DNA of 64,000 nt from Octopus sinensis (GCF_006345805.1 NC_042998.1:25854001-25918000), one strand, 5' to 3'. Positions 12,494 to 24,658 are shown, numbered from the stretch's first letter. Numbers and translations are program-made. The notes: generated by a model from the letters alone, not told the origin.

Positions 12494-12875
12494 CTAGAAA
12501 TAGCAACCAAATCTCAATCATATTACACACAAACATCTCTTTTAAGAAGAAGGTTACACTGGATAATGTAGTCCTAGATATGTAACATTCAAGGGAAGGA
12601 TGGATGGCCATGGCTAGAATTACTTTTGATTACAGGTCTACATAATCAGAATCAGAATTGATCCGAAACGAAACAACAATGATAATAGCCATACAATATT
12701 TTCTCATTACTATTCTTTAATTATCATATGGCTTCACTGCTTGCATGATTTTATAAGAGTACATGAACTATTGGCTTTCATTATTGTCTTTCTTTACTTG
12801 ACTTATTGGTGTTTTCTGTCTCTTCTTTTACTCTTTTTCACTGAATTGTAATGCACCCAGGCACTATATACAATT

Positions 12876-13210
12876 GAGACCCCCTTCGGTCATGACTGAC
12901 CGTGGGATTGCACCTAGAAAGTTTACCCTCCCCTGCACAAGTCCGAGCAAGGTTGTTTATGGAAGACCAGCAGTTGCCCATGCATACCAGCCTCCCCTCT
13001 CCACACCACCAGTGTTATCCAAGGGAAAGGCAAAGAGATACAGCTTGGCACCTGTGACGTCGCAACTCATTTCTACAGCTGAGTGAACTAGAGCAATGTG
13101 AAATAAAGTGTCTTGTTCAAGAACACAACACACAGCCCAGACCAGGATTGGAACTCACAACCTCTCGACCATAAGCTCAACGCTCTAACCACTGAGCCAT
13201 TCGCCTTCAC
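12876..13210 (-). mobile_element. SINE family C
   Basis: Reverse complement of 7015-7352. Confidence 0.85.
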
Positions 13211-13275
13211 TACTATATACAATAAGCTTGTGAATATTATTATTATTTCTTTTTATCACCAGTTTTATTCGAATT

Positions 13276-13457
13276 CATGGAGTATCTAATACTTTCATGA
13301 TTATTCTGGCCATGCCAAGGAGGCAAAACTTTTGTAACAGTTCTACTGGGCACTCTATTCCAATTTCCTTGATATTCCTCTTGATGCCTTCTGATACTGT
13401 CCCCAAGGACCCAACAATAATTGGCTCTATCTTTTCACCTTCATTTTCCATTGCTGG

Positions 13458-13460
<3 letters not shown>
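13276..13460 (-). mobile_element. RLE-type non-LTR retrotransposon ORF C-terminus (R4/Dong-like) remnant
   Basis: Translates KIEPIIVGSLGTVSEGIKRNIKEIGIECPVELLQKFCLLGMARIIMKVLDTP*, matching the PIIVGALG...LQK..LLGTARI.RKVL end of such ORFs. Confidence 0.7.
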
Positions 13461-13499
<39 letters not shown>

Positions 13500-13509
13500 A
13501 TTTTTGTTA

Positions 13510-13547
<38 letters not shown>

Positions 13548-13559
13548 ATTATTATTATT

Positions 13560-14060
13560 GCCTTTGCACAGCTTCTAACACTGGAGATGTACTACAGTAT
13601 CAGCTGTTCACTACCTGTGAACTAAGGTAACACCTCTTATTTTTCAAGCACCTTTCTGAGTATTCGAGCGGTTCCAAGCAGTGCTGATTCTGCAAGTGCT
13701 CCAAACTTATTGCAGCCCCTATTTGTTCCACGTACTTCTTGAGATTTTTGCTCACTGTTCCCAGGGCTCTGATAATTATTGGTACTACTACCACCTTTTT
13801 CATTGACCACAACCACTTAACTTCCCAAGCTAACCTGTCATATCTCTCAAATTTTCTTTCTTCCTTATTGCATACCTTGTTGTCAGCTGGGCATGCTATA
13901 TCTATGATCCAACCTAGTTTGTTTTCTTTCTCAATGAAGACTATGTCTGGCTTCCAAATCACTATCTCATGGTTGCACTGGATCATAAAATCCCATAGGA
14001 GCTTTGCATTTCTATTTTCGATGATGCTTTCAGGTTTGTGGTCATACCAATATTTTGCTC
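13560..14060 (-). mobile_element. R4/Dong-like LINE 3' fragment with restriction-like endonuclease domain
   Basis: WYDHKPESIIENRNAKLLWDFMIQCNHEIVIWKPDIVFIEKENKLGWIIDIACPAD...YDRLAWEVKWLW...VVPIIIRALG (KPD..D RLE motif). Bordered by (ATT)n on both sides. Confidence 0.85.
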
Positions 14061-14068
14061 TATTATTA

Positions 14069-14100
<32 letters not shown>

Positions 14101-14308
14101 GAGAGTAGGAATTAGAGAGGATACTTACTCTTAGGGTTTCAGGGAAATCTCAGACAGTGGAGTTCCTTGATTATCCCTAGAGGCATTCCTATATCAGGAG
14201 GGGCACATCTCTATCATCGTCCCCAACCCTTTATTTTTTTTTACCTTTGTATGCTATGCATATGTCCCTTCTTTTCCAGTGTACACTGTGTGTACTTTTT
14301 TTTTTATC

Positions 14309-14675
14309 ATTTCATGGCACCTTGGGCAAGTGTCTTATACTATAGCTTCAGGCCAAACAGAGCCTTGTGAGTGGATTTGGTAGACGGAAACTGAAAGAAG
14401 CCCATCGTATATATGTATATATATATATATATATATGTGCGTGTGTGTGTGTGTGTGTATTTGCATGTCTGTATTTGTCCCCCCAACATCGCTTGACAAC
14501 TGATGGTTGGTGTGTTTGCCTCCCCGTAACTTAGCGATTCAGCAAAAGAGACCAATAGAATAAGTACTAGGCTTACAAAGATAAGTCCTGAGGTTGATTT
14601 GCTCGACTAAATGTGGTACTCCAGCATGGCCACAGTCAAATGACTGATACAAGTAAAAGAGTAAAAGAGTAAGAG
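14309..14675 (+). mobile_element. SINE family B, 5' truncated
   Basis: Begins in the GGCACCTTGGGCAAGTG block and has an intact tail. Confidence 0.85.
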
Positions 14676-14809
14676 TATGTAAACCCCCACATTTTGTCTG
14701 TCTCTGTATTGACCCCCTCAACTTTTGCCCTTGTGGCAAATATATGAAATCATTATTGTTGTTGTTGTTGTTGTTATAATATCATTATTATTATTATTAT
14801 TATTATTAT

Positions 14810-15010
14810 TAAGGTGGCAAGCTGGCAGGATCTTAAGCATTCCAGGCAGATTTCTTATCAGCATTTTGTCTGTCTTTATGTTCTGAGTTCAAATTTCACC
14901 GAGGTCAACTTTGTCTTTCATCCTTTCGGGGTTGATAACTTAAGTAAGTCATACACTGGAGTCAATGTAATTGACTTAACCATTCCCCCAAATTTGTACC
15001 TATAATAGAA
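14810..15010 (+). mobile_element. SINE family A
   Basis: AAGGTGGCAAGCTGGCAG head and TTCTGAGTTCAAATT core. Confidence 0.75.
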
Positions 15011-15013
15011 AGG

Positions 15014-15053
<40 letters not shown>

Positions 15054-15055
<2 letters not shown>

Positions 15056-15262
15056 TAGTTTTATTTTTATAGCGTGCTTTCACTTCACTACCGAGTGCAG
15101 CTCTGTGTGCCTTGGGTAGGTGCTGTGATTTGTTGTGATGCTCTGATGGTTATTGTATGGAAAGTGTTCTGCGTAGGATGTGTGCAGTGCCTAGTAGTGC
15201 AATTTTCTGTATGTTATATGTGTTTGTAAGTCCTGGTGTTTTTGTTATGTATTTGTCTGAAT
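15054..15262 (-). mobile_element. R4/Dong-like LINE extreme 3' end with (AAT)n tail
   Basis: SDKYITKTPGLTNTYNIQKIALLGTAHILRRTLSIQ*, then a short UTR and (AAT)n. Confidence 0.75.
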
Positions 15263-15574
15263 ATTTTTTTTTTATTATTATTGAGTGAGCGAGCAGAGCA
15301 TGCCATCAAAGTGACACTGGGGTAAAATATACGTTATTATTATTATTATTATTGTTATTATTATTATTATCATCATCATCATCATTATAGAGTGGCAAAT
15401 TTAGTGGTATTTCTTTCAGCTTTAAATTCCAAGTTAAAATGTTGCTGAGGTCAGCTTTACTTTCTGGCCTTTTGGGGTTAATAATATAAGTGTCACTTGG
15501 CACTGAGGTTGATGTAACAAACTTCCCACTCTCTACAAACAGGCTGGCCTCGTGCCAAAAACTAGAAAAATAAA

Positions 15575-15593
15575 TTGACAAAAAATATTATTG

Positions 15594-15636
<43 letters not shown>

Positions 15637-15669
15637 CATCATTGTTGATGTTGTTGTTGTTGTTATTAC

Positions 15670-15705
<36 letters not shown>

Positions 15706-15827
15706 CATTATTATCATTATTATTATTATTATTATTACCAATATCATTATTATTATTATTATTATTATAATTATTATTATTATCATTATTACTATTATTA
15801 TTATTATTGGTAGTAGTAGTAGTAGTA

Positions 15828-15867
<40 letters not shown>

Positions 15868-15917
15868 CATTATTATTATTATCATTATTATTATCATTAG
15901 TATCATTATCATCATCA

Positions 15918-15962
<45 letters not shown>

Positions 15963-15975
15963 TATATTATTATTA
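15575..15975. repeat. ~400-bp imperfect (ATT)n microsatellite
   Basis: Directly visible. The poly-Ile/Leu ORFs here are artefacts. Confidence 0.95.
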
Positions 15976-16564
15976 TAAATGTTCTAATACTCTACTGAAT
16001 ATGTACTCGGAAATTCTGCATGCAATGAGTATCAAGTGCATTACATTTTATGACTTAACTTTCTACTTCATTTTGCAGGAATTTTCTTGCACCCATTCTT
16101 CACAATAATTATTGATTCATATAAAATGAAAGAACCTAACCTTTACTCCGGCAATGCTCTCTTGTGTTATCACATCCTCGGTACCATGCACTCTATGCTT
16201 GCACTTGGAAGTAATACAAGTGTTGACTTACATTTAGTTATGTTAGTAGGCCACCAAACCACTGCACATTCACTGACTGCTTCTCCCTTACCCTGAATTC
16301 AGTTCCTATCAGAAGCTGCATGTTCATAACAGCTTACTATGCAAGTAGGCAAAATAACTGGAATCTTATAATCAACGTCATTTTAACGTCCCCATTTTCT
16401 TGCTTGCATGGGTTAGAGTTTCTTAGTAAAGTATTGCTTCCTTAGGGCCTGATATGTTTTTACGGAAGATTGGAAATGGAGGATGTGACTTGTATGACAG
16501 TGATGCTCATTTACAACTATCAAGCAATGTCAAGACAAACACATACATGCATGCAAGCACTCAT

Positions 16565-16602
<38 letters not shown>

Positions 16603-16624
16603 GATACATCTGCTTTAAGTATGA

Positions 16625-17100
16625 TACACAGGCTGCTGACTGGCATCCTTGCTAGTGGAGCGCTAAGAGTACCATACGTGTGAGACCATTGCCAGAGCAA
16701 CAAGCTGGCCTCCATGCCGATGGCACATTAAAAGAACACCATTCAAGCATGATCGTTACCTGCATCGCCTTACTAGCACTTGTGCTGGTGGCACGTGGAA
16801 AAAACATTCAAGCGAGGTTGTTGCCAGTGCCGCTGGACTGGCTCCTGTGCAGGTGGCACATAAAAAGCACCATTTGAGCATGGCCATTGCCAGTACCACC
16901 TGACTGCTCCTCGTGCTGGTGGCACATAAAGCACCCACTACACTCTCGGAGTGGTTGCGTTAGGAAGGGCATCCAGCTGTAGAAACTCTGCCAGATCAGA
17001 TTGGAGTCTGGTGCAGCCATCTGGTTCGCCAGACCTCAGTCAAATCGTCCAACCCATGCTAGCATGGAAAGCGGATGTTAAACGATAATGATGATGATGT
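16625..17100 (+). mobile_element. RTE-type 3' UTR copy with tandem units and (GAT)n tail
   Basis: GTGGCAC units followed by the shared terminal block. Confidence 0.8.
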
Positions 17101-17304
17101 GTGTAGAGTCAACAGATGCGGTTGAGAGAATCTCATTATAGAAAAGACTTAGTAGTGCTCATATGATTTGAACTTACACGCCAATATTTTCACCAAGGAC
17201 CAAGGCAGAAGGATAAAGAGTGATTATAAGGGGAATTCAAGAGATCAGATAAGAAGACAATAATTAAAATAAACACATATAAAATACACACACACACATA
17301 TATA

Positions 17305-17530
17305 CTCGTTTACTCTTTTATTTGTTTCAGTCATTTGATTGTGGCCATGCTGGAGCACCACCTTTAGTTGAGCAAATCGACCCCAGGACTTATTCTTTGT
17401 AAGCCTAGTACTTATTCTATTGGTCTCTTTTACCGAACTGCTAAGTTATGGAGATGTAAATGCACCAGCATCAGTTGTCAAGCGATGTTGGGGGACAAAC
17501 ACCGACACACAAACACACACACACACACAG

Positions 17531-17561
<31 letters not shown>

Positions 17562-17715
17562 ATATATATATATATACATATACATATGTACGATGGGCTT
17601 CCTTCAGTTTCCATGTACCAAATCCACTCACAAAGCTTTGGTCAGCCCGAGGCTATAGTAGAAGACACTTGCCCAAGGTGCCATGCAGTGGAACTGAACC
17701 CAGAACCATGTGGTT
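17305..17715 (-). mobile_element. SINE family B
   Basis: Reverse copy with an expanded internal (CA)/(TA) tract. Confidence 0.85.
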
Positions 17716-18149
17716 AAAATACACATTAAGTACAGGACATCACCAATGAGCGAAAAATACGTAAACACACAATGAGAGACAAGTACAGGACAAAATAGCA
17801 AAAGAAATCTAACTCTTCCTCAGTTGTTGACCTTTTTTTACTACCTGTTTTGTGCTTTTAACGACAAGTCAGGAAATCTTCATAAGACAGCATCATCTAG
17901 AAATTTTTTAAAAACCCAATTTGTGGAGAGTTAGAGCTTTGAACAAACAAATGACACCAGAGTGGACATACGGAAGTATGACAAACTTCTTCCAGTTTCT
18001 GTCTACTAAATCAACTTACAATGCTTTGGTCAGTCCAAGGTTATAGTAGAAGACAATTGCCCAAAGAGCCATGCACTGGGATTGAACCAGAAGCCTTATG
18101 GCTAGGAAGCAAGCTTCTTTCCAAACAGCCACACGTGTGCCTATATGTA

Positions 18150-18350
18150 ACAATAAAATAATTAGCGATATTTCGTCTGTCGTTACGTTCTGAGCTCAAA
18201 TTCCATCGAGGTCGACTTTGCCATTCATTCTTTTGGGGTCGATAAATAAAGTACAAATTTCACACTGGGGTCGATGTAATCGACTTAATCCCTTTGTCTG
18301 TCCTTGTTTGTCCCCTCAATGTTTAGCCCCTTGTGGTTAGTAAAGAAATA
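18150..18350 (+). mobile_element. SINE family A, 5' truncated
   Basis: Core plus the TTAATCCCTTTGTCTGTCCTTG tail. Confidence 0.8.
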
Positions 18351-18595
18351 TATATGCAACAATAAGATTTTAACTAACTCACATTTTTTATAATTTCCTA
18401 TGAAGACATTGAAACTGACAATTTTCATATTCTAAACATTAAAAATGTGTTGCCCCAGCATGGCCCCAGTCTAACAACTGAAACAAATAATAGACAGAAA
18501 TGCATCAAATATTTTGTCCATGTTTTGAACGTACTTTAATCATTTTAAAGCCTCGATGCTAAAATTCATTTATATCTCGGATATATTTTGATGAT

Positions 18596-18872
18596 AACAA
18601 TTGCAGCATGGAAGGTGTTTATAAACCATTTAAGAAACACACAAAAACCGTTAGATTCACTTCAACATTGCAGCATGGAACTTTGTCAGTGAACAGGTTG
18701 CAGTCTCAAAGTGACGAAAATATTTTGACAAATTAAATTTAAATGTTGAAGTGAATCTAACGGTTTTTGTGTGTTTCTTAAATGGGTTATAAACACTTTC
18801 CACACTGCAATTGTTTTCGTTCCAGCACACGATCTCAGATCAGGTCACTTGCTATGCAAGTACATCCCTGTA
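18596..18872. mobile_element. Tc1/mariner-type MITE remnant with ~74-bp internal inverted repeat
   Basis: Arms 18596-18669 and 18742-18815. Ends ...ACATCCCTG|TA. Confidence 0.55.
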
Positions 18873-19328
18873 ATTTTGATGATATTTTCCCTCTTAAAAC
18901 AATAAACATTTAAAGTAGTAAAAAGCAATTGATGTCTTGATAACATCGACAATTCCTATTTATTGTTTTTGATTGGTAAAAAATCAAGCAAAGCTCAACA
19001 GCTGAGGATCAAAAAACAGCTACAATCTATAAAACACCTGTGTCATTCAGCAGTCAACTGAAAAACAATGTTCATATTACCAGACACAAGCAACAGACAA
19101 TGTGTATATGTATAAGATGAAGAAGAGAAAAAAAAAGAAAGACAGTGCATAAGAACTTCATATAGATATGAAGATATGTGAGAAATTTTAGTAATAACAT
19201 TGTACTGAAATAATGTGAAAGCTATCTGAATTATGGAAACAATATGTATAGTTTATGTAGCTGACATGGTAAGAATAATCTACAGGCCATAAAAAACTTG
19301 ACACATAATTATATGCATATATGCATAT

Positions 19329-19742
19329 AGGCACAGGAGTGGCTGTGTGGTAAGTAGCTTGCTAACCAACCACATGGTTCCGGGTTCAGTCCCACTGCGT
19401 GGCACCTTGAGCAAGTGTCTTCTACTATAGCCTCGGGCCGACCAATGCCTTGTGAGTGGATTTGGTAGATGGAAACTGAAAGAAGCCCATCGTATATATG
19501 TATATATATATATGCCTGTGTGTGTTTGTGTGTCTGTGTTTGTCCCCCTAGCATTGTTTGACAACCGATGCTGGTGTGCTTATGTCCCCGTCACTTAGCG
19601 GTTCGGCAAAAGAGACCGATTGAATAAGTACTGGGCTTACAAAGAATAAGTCCCGGGGTCGATTTGCTCGACTAAAGGCGGTGCTCCAGCATGGCCGCAG
19701 TCAAATGACTGAAACAAGTAAAAGAGTAAAGAGTAAAAGAGT
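19329..19742 (+). mobile_element. SINE family B (full length)
   Basis: Complete head, body and tail. Confidence 0.9.
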
Positions 19743-19819
19743 ATATGTGTATATGTGTGTGTGTGTGTGTGTGTACATGTATATATTTTTGTTTATTTAT
19801 ATATAAGTATATATCTATC

Positions 19820-19875
19820 TGTCTTACTGACGATGTCTAAGGAAATAGCCAAAACTGACCAGTCAGTCCAAGGCA
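19820..19875 (+). ncRNA. degenerate type I hammerhead ribozyme
   Basis: TGTCTTA CTGACGA T GTCT AAGGAAAT AGCC AAAA CTGA CCAG TCAG TC CAAGGCA. G12 is changed to A; stem III is 5 bp; triplet GUC. Confidence 0.6.
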
Positions 19876-20627
19876 TTCTCAGTTCAGTGTTCAGGGCAAT
19901 TGCAGACCCTATCATATGTCTAAAACCACAAACATTACATAAATTTTCACATCAAAATTTTGCGTAAACTGGTGTTGCAAGTAGAATTGGTACAGAAACA
20001 ATTGTAATGAATCATGAAAGAGGTGTTAAAGAAATTTCTGTCTTTTTATTATTTGGTATCATCATCATCATTTAACTTCTGCTTTCCATGCTAGCATGGG
20101 TATATATATATATATTATATATATACATGGTGGTGCTACAGCATGACCACGGCCACATAGCTGAAATGAGTAAAAGAGTATATATATATGTACAAACATA
20201 TATATATGTGTCTGTGTGTGTGTGTATGTATGTATGTATGTATGTATATATATATATATATGTATGCAAGTAGGTATATATATAATATATATATATATAT
20301 ATACATATGTATGTATATATATGAGTGTGTGTGTATGTATATATATATATATAATATATATATATATTATATTATATACAAGATAAGAAAATGGAGAAAT
20401 ACATCTAAATCAAATATCAATTACACGATAATACTCAATCACATACTTTATTAAACCACCACATAAGAGACTGTAGGGTTACATATAAAAAACAGAACAA
20501 ATCAGTGTACATACAGTAGTGTACATAAAAAAGTGTACATAAAAGAGTAATGATGTATAATAAGTAGAATATATATAAAAGAGAATATATATATATTTAG
20601 CAAACCATCTCTAGCCAAGAAGTTATT

Positions 20628-20667
20628 CTGTGCTGATGAAGGGAAACCTTGAAACCGTGGTACACAG
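20628..20667 (+). ncRNA. minimal type I hammerhead ribozyme, intact core
   Basis: CTGTG CTGATGA AGG GAAA CCTT GAAA C CGTG G TA CACAG. Stem I is 5 bp, stem II AGG/CCT, stem III ACCGTGGT is self-complementary with G.U pairs, triplet GUA. Confidence 0.85.
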
Positions 20668-20919
20668 ATACTGCTTTGTTCCAAGTAGGAAAGCTAAAGT
20701 CCCTCGTTTGAAAATATAAGAACACAAATAGTGTGTTGTATAGCCAGCTGAAGACGATGTTTCCTGGGGCTAAATCACAGTCACATTCGTTCTAATCAGG
20801 ACTGTCACAATATGATGGCAAATAATCTATACTCTAGAGTACTGTTACTGAATGTCTCTTGTTGAGAGATTTAGAAATAATAATTTATATATATATAAAA
20901 TAAATGCATCCTTTTAAAG

Positions 20920-21119
20920 CCTAGCCAGGCTCATGGACCCGGTTTCCCGGGACGCCAGTCCATCGCAGCGTTACTCATTTTTGCCAGCTGAGTGGACTGG
21001 AGCAACATGAAACGAAGTGTTTTGCTCAATAACACAATGTGTTGCCTGGTCCAGGAATCGAAACCACAATCTTACAATCATGATGCTGACACCCTAACCA
21101 CTAAGCCACGCGCCTCCAT
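20920..21119 (-). mobile_element. tRNA-derived SINE with CORE-like domain
   Basis: Minus-strand head TGGAGGCGCGTGGCTTAGTGG, B box GTTTCGATTCC, then GTGTTATTGAGCAAAACACTT. Confidence 0.8.
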
Positions 21120-21147
21120 ATGTATATATATAATATATATATATATA

Positions 21148-21234
<87 letters not shown>

Positions 21235-22066
21235 ATGTATGTATGTATATATACATACATACATTCATACATTAGTTACATTCTTATATATATAAGTATA
21301 TACAAACCCACAAAGAAATGAATCGTTCTTTCAGTTTATAAGCAGAAAGGTGAAAACAAAAATTATTAAAACAACCCAAAATATGTAAAGCTAGAATATT
21401 TATTCAATATTTCAGCTTTAACAAACTGTAATCATTAACAGAAGAAAATTTTGTCATGAGGTTTAAGGTTTGTTGAAGCTAAAATATTGAATAAATTTAT
21501 TTTTTCACTTGGCTTTTGAATTAAGCAACTTTTATATTATTTTCATATTTATATCTACACTCTGATACACACATTTGCCCACGCATGCAGATATACACGC
21601 ACATGTAATGTAAACACATGTTCACAAACAGAAACATATATCAACATCAACATCATCATCATCGTCATCATCATCATCATCATCATCATCATCGTCTTTT
21701 TCACACCCACGTTTCTCTTCGTTCTTTGAACATAAATGGCACTATGGCAGGATATGTTCACAAGCATGATGGCGAAGGAATACACTACTTGTAAGACGGT
21801 GATTGTTGACAATAAGTGCACAGCACGAAGACAAGGAGACAAACACACACACACACATGCACATATACACACACACACATATTACACTACCACCCACGTT
21901 ATGTTTGTTTGTTCCTTCTTCTTAAGCCATGCCTGGCTCGTAAGGGCTGGTTTCCCGGTTTCTTTGGCATATAGGTTCCCCACCTGGACAGGATGCCAGT
22001 CCGTCACAGGTGAGTTGCAAGATGCAGGAGGAAAGAGTGAGAGAAAGTTGAGAAGTTGAGAAAGAT

Positions 22067-22100
<34 letters not shown>

Positions 22101-22446
22101 CGAAGGTGGTGACCTGGCAGGATTGTTAGCATGCCATCCAAAATGCTTAACAGCATCTCGCCCATCTTCATATTTTGAGTTCAAATTCTGCCACAGTCAG
22201 CTAAGCACTAGGGTTGATGTAATCAACTCCTCCACTCCCACCCCAATACTGCTGACCTTGTGCCAAAATATTTGAAACTAATATAAATGTATATATACAA
22301 ATATGTATATATATATATACATCAGATTGGAGCCTGGTACAGCATCCTGGCTTGCCATTCCTCAGTCAAACCGTCCAGCCCATGCCAGCATGGAACGCAG
22401 ACAGTAAACGACGATGACGATCATGATGATGATGATGATGATATTT

Positions 22447-22809
22447 TATTGTGTCTGGGGAGAGTCATTCTGTTTTAATGCCTTATTAATTAACACACTC
22501 ATAAATTCGATTTCTACTCATTTACTTTCTTTTTTTTTTTTTTTTAATCTTCATTGCTTCTTGCGGCCTCTTCAATAGTCGTTGACGCTGTCCGTTAGCG
22601 CAGCTCTAATAATGGACACAGTTAACGACTATTGACGAGGTTGCAAGAAGCAACAAAAATTTTTGAGAAAAACAAGAAAAAAGTAAATGAGTGGAAATGC
22701 GTTAATTAATTAGGCATTAAAACAGAATGACTCTCCCCAGACACAATAAAATATGCTTCAACACACGAATTCACATAAAGAATCTTGCAAACCAAATACA
22801 AATACGAAA
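22447..22809. mobile_element. fold-back element family P (copy 3, long arms)
   Basis: Arms ~22447-22592 and ~22612-22752, plus the ~60-nt extension ending CAAATACGAAA(TA)n. Confidence 0.7.
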
Positions 22810-22871
22810 TATATATATGTATGTATGTATATGCATATACATACACACACACTTATATATATATATATATA

Positions 22872-23080
22872 TATATATAGTTAATCCAAACAAGAAAACA
22901 CAAAAAAACACAACAACACAAGAACATGGAACAAATATAGTATTATTGGACGCTCAGGAAAGAAGGGAAGAAGGAGGGTTTAACGTTTTGAGCGGAGCTC
23001 TTCGTCGGAAACATAGGAGAAGGAAAGATCCCGACAATGGAAGACAGAGGAAAAAAATTGCCAACGGTACACATGAGGTC
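22872..23080 (-). mobile_element. Penelope-like pLTR fragment with degenerate hammerhead (22978-23012)
   Basis: Minus strand GTTT CCGACGA A GAGC TCC GCTC AAAAC GTT AAAC. Shares CGCTCAGGAAA and the hammerhead layout with the 27846-29220 element; flanked by (TA)n. Confidence 0.6.
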
Positions 23081-23384
23081 ACATATATATATATATATAT
23101 ATAATATATAGTAATTCCTTGACTATTGTGAGTGTTACATTCCCTAACACCCTGCGATAAGTGAAAATCTGCAAAGTGGAAAAAGTCAAAGCTGTACTGT
23201 ATTTCTCTTATTATTTTCATAATTTGTATATATTCATTTTATTATAAATGCAAAGCAACACCACAGAGGAATCGACATAAGCTTAAATAATAAACCGTGA
23301 TGGGTGAACCACAGTAGCTGAACCGCAATATAGTGATGGATTACTGTGTGTGTGTTACTTGTGAAGACCTGTTGAGGCAAGTGA

Positions 23385-23840
23385 AAATCAAAATCAAAGA
23401 ATCAATTCAAAATCGAAATCGATCCACATCAATGGAATTTGTAGTTTGTGGTACCAGTGCTGGTGGCACATAAGAGAACCTTCCGAACGTGGCCGTAGCC
23501 AGCACCGCATCGACTGGCCTCCGTGCTGGTGGCACGTAACAAACACCATCCGATCGTAGCTGTGCCAGCCTCTCCTGGCCTCCGTGTCGGTGGCACGTAA
23601 AAAACACCATCCAAGCGTGGCCGTTCGCCAGCCTCGTCTGGCACCTGTGTCGGTGGCACATAAAAAGCACCCACTACACTCACGGAGTGGTTGGCATTAG
23701 GAAGGGCATCCAGCTGTAGAAACACCACCAGATCTGACTGGCCTGGTGCAGCCTTCGGGCTTCCCAGACTCCAGTTGAACCGTCCAACCCATGCTAGCAT
23801 GGAAAGCGGACGTTAAACGATGATGATGATGATGATGATA
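23385..23840 (+). mobile_element. RTE-type 3' UTR copy (four tandem units)
   Basis: Same subfamily as 1835-2358, with an (AAAATC)n start. Confidence 0.8.
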
Positions 23841-24284
23841 TAAGTAAAAGAGTAAAAGAGTATGTACATCTAAGGTCTGTGTAGTCTATAACAGGAAGAA
23901 CAGCCATTACCTTCCTCACTTAGAATATTTCAATATATATATATATGTATATATATACATTTCTCATTAAACTATACTTGTAGGTGAACTTATGGTTAAA
24001 GATTGCATCTCTTGAAAAATTCCCACACTCATTCTCTGAAAATTTATTCAAAACTTTCCATTCTTAGAATGTAAAATTAGTTCATTAAGAATTTTCCATT
24101 AAGAAAATAATTTTCTTCCTTCTTGAAGTTACATGAAGGTGTGTGTGTGTGGTTTTATAATACTACAGATATATGATTCAATAATAAGAGATGAGATTAA
24201 AAGTGTTATGATTTTTCAAAATATTATCCTCATCTTCAAAGATGGAAAATGCTTTGGCATTTATATTCTACACTACGTTGCGAC

Positions 24285-24626
24285 TAGTATGATCACTGAT
24301 TGTCATCAGGTGTTTTATTCTTTGCTGGTGACACATAAAAAACACCTGTGCCATCACCAGGTTTAAAAAAGAAAAGGACTCACATCGGTGCCACATACAA
24401 AACACCCAGTACACTTTGTAAAGTGGTTGGCATTAGGAACGGCATCTGGCCATGGAATCCAAGCCAAAGCAGATTATGGAACCTGGGGTAATTCCTGCCC
24501 TTGCCAGCAGCTCCTGTCAAACCATCCAACTCATGACAGCATGGAAAAACGGACGGTAAATGATGATGATGACGATCATGATGGTGGTGGTGGTGGTGGT
24601 GCTGCTGCTGCTGCTGATGGTGATGG

Positions 24627-24658
<32 letters not shown>

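Noticed and set aside
16078-16190. Plus-strand exon after CATTTTGCAG
   Set aside because: Only a weak donor (CG|GTACCA), no recognisable peptide and no partner exons.
20748-20790. CTGAAGA as a second hammerhead core
   Set aside because: No downstream GAAA or stem II in register.
21735-21880. CpG-containing stretch with open frames on both strands
   Set aside because: Splice signals are ambiguous on both strands and no homology is recognised.
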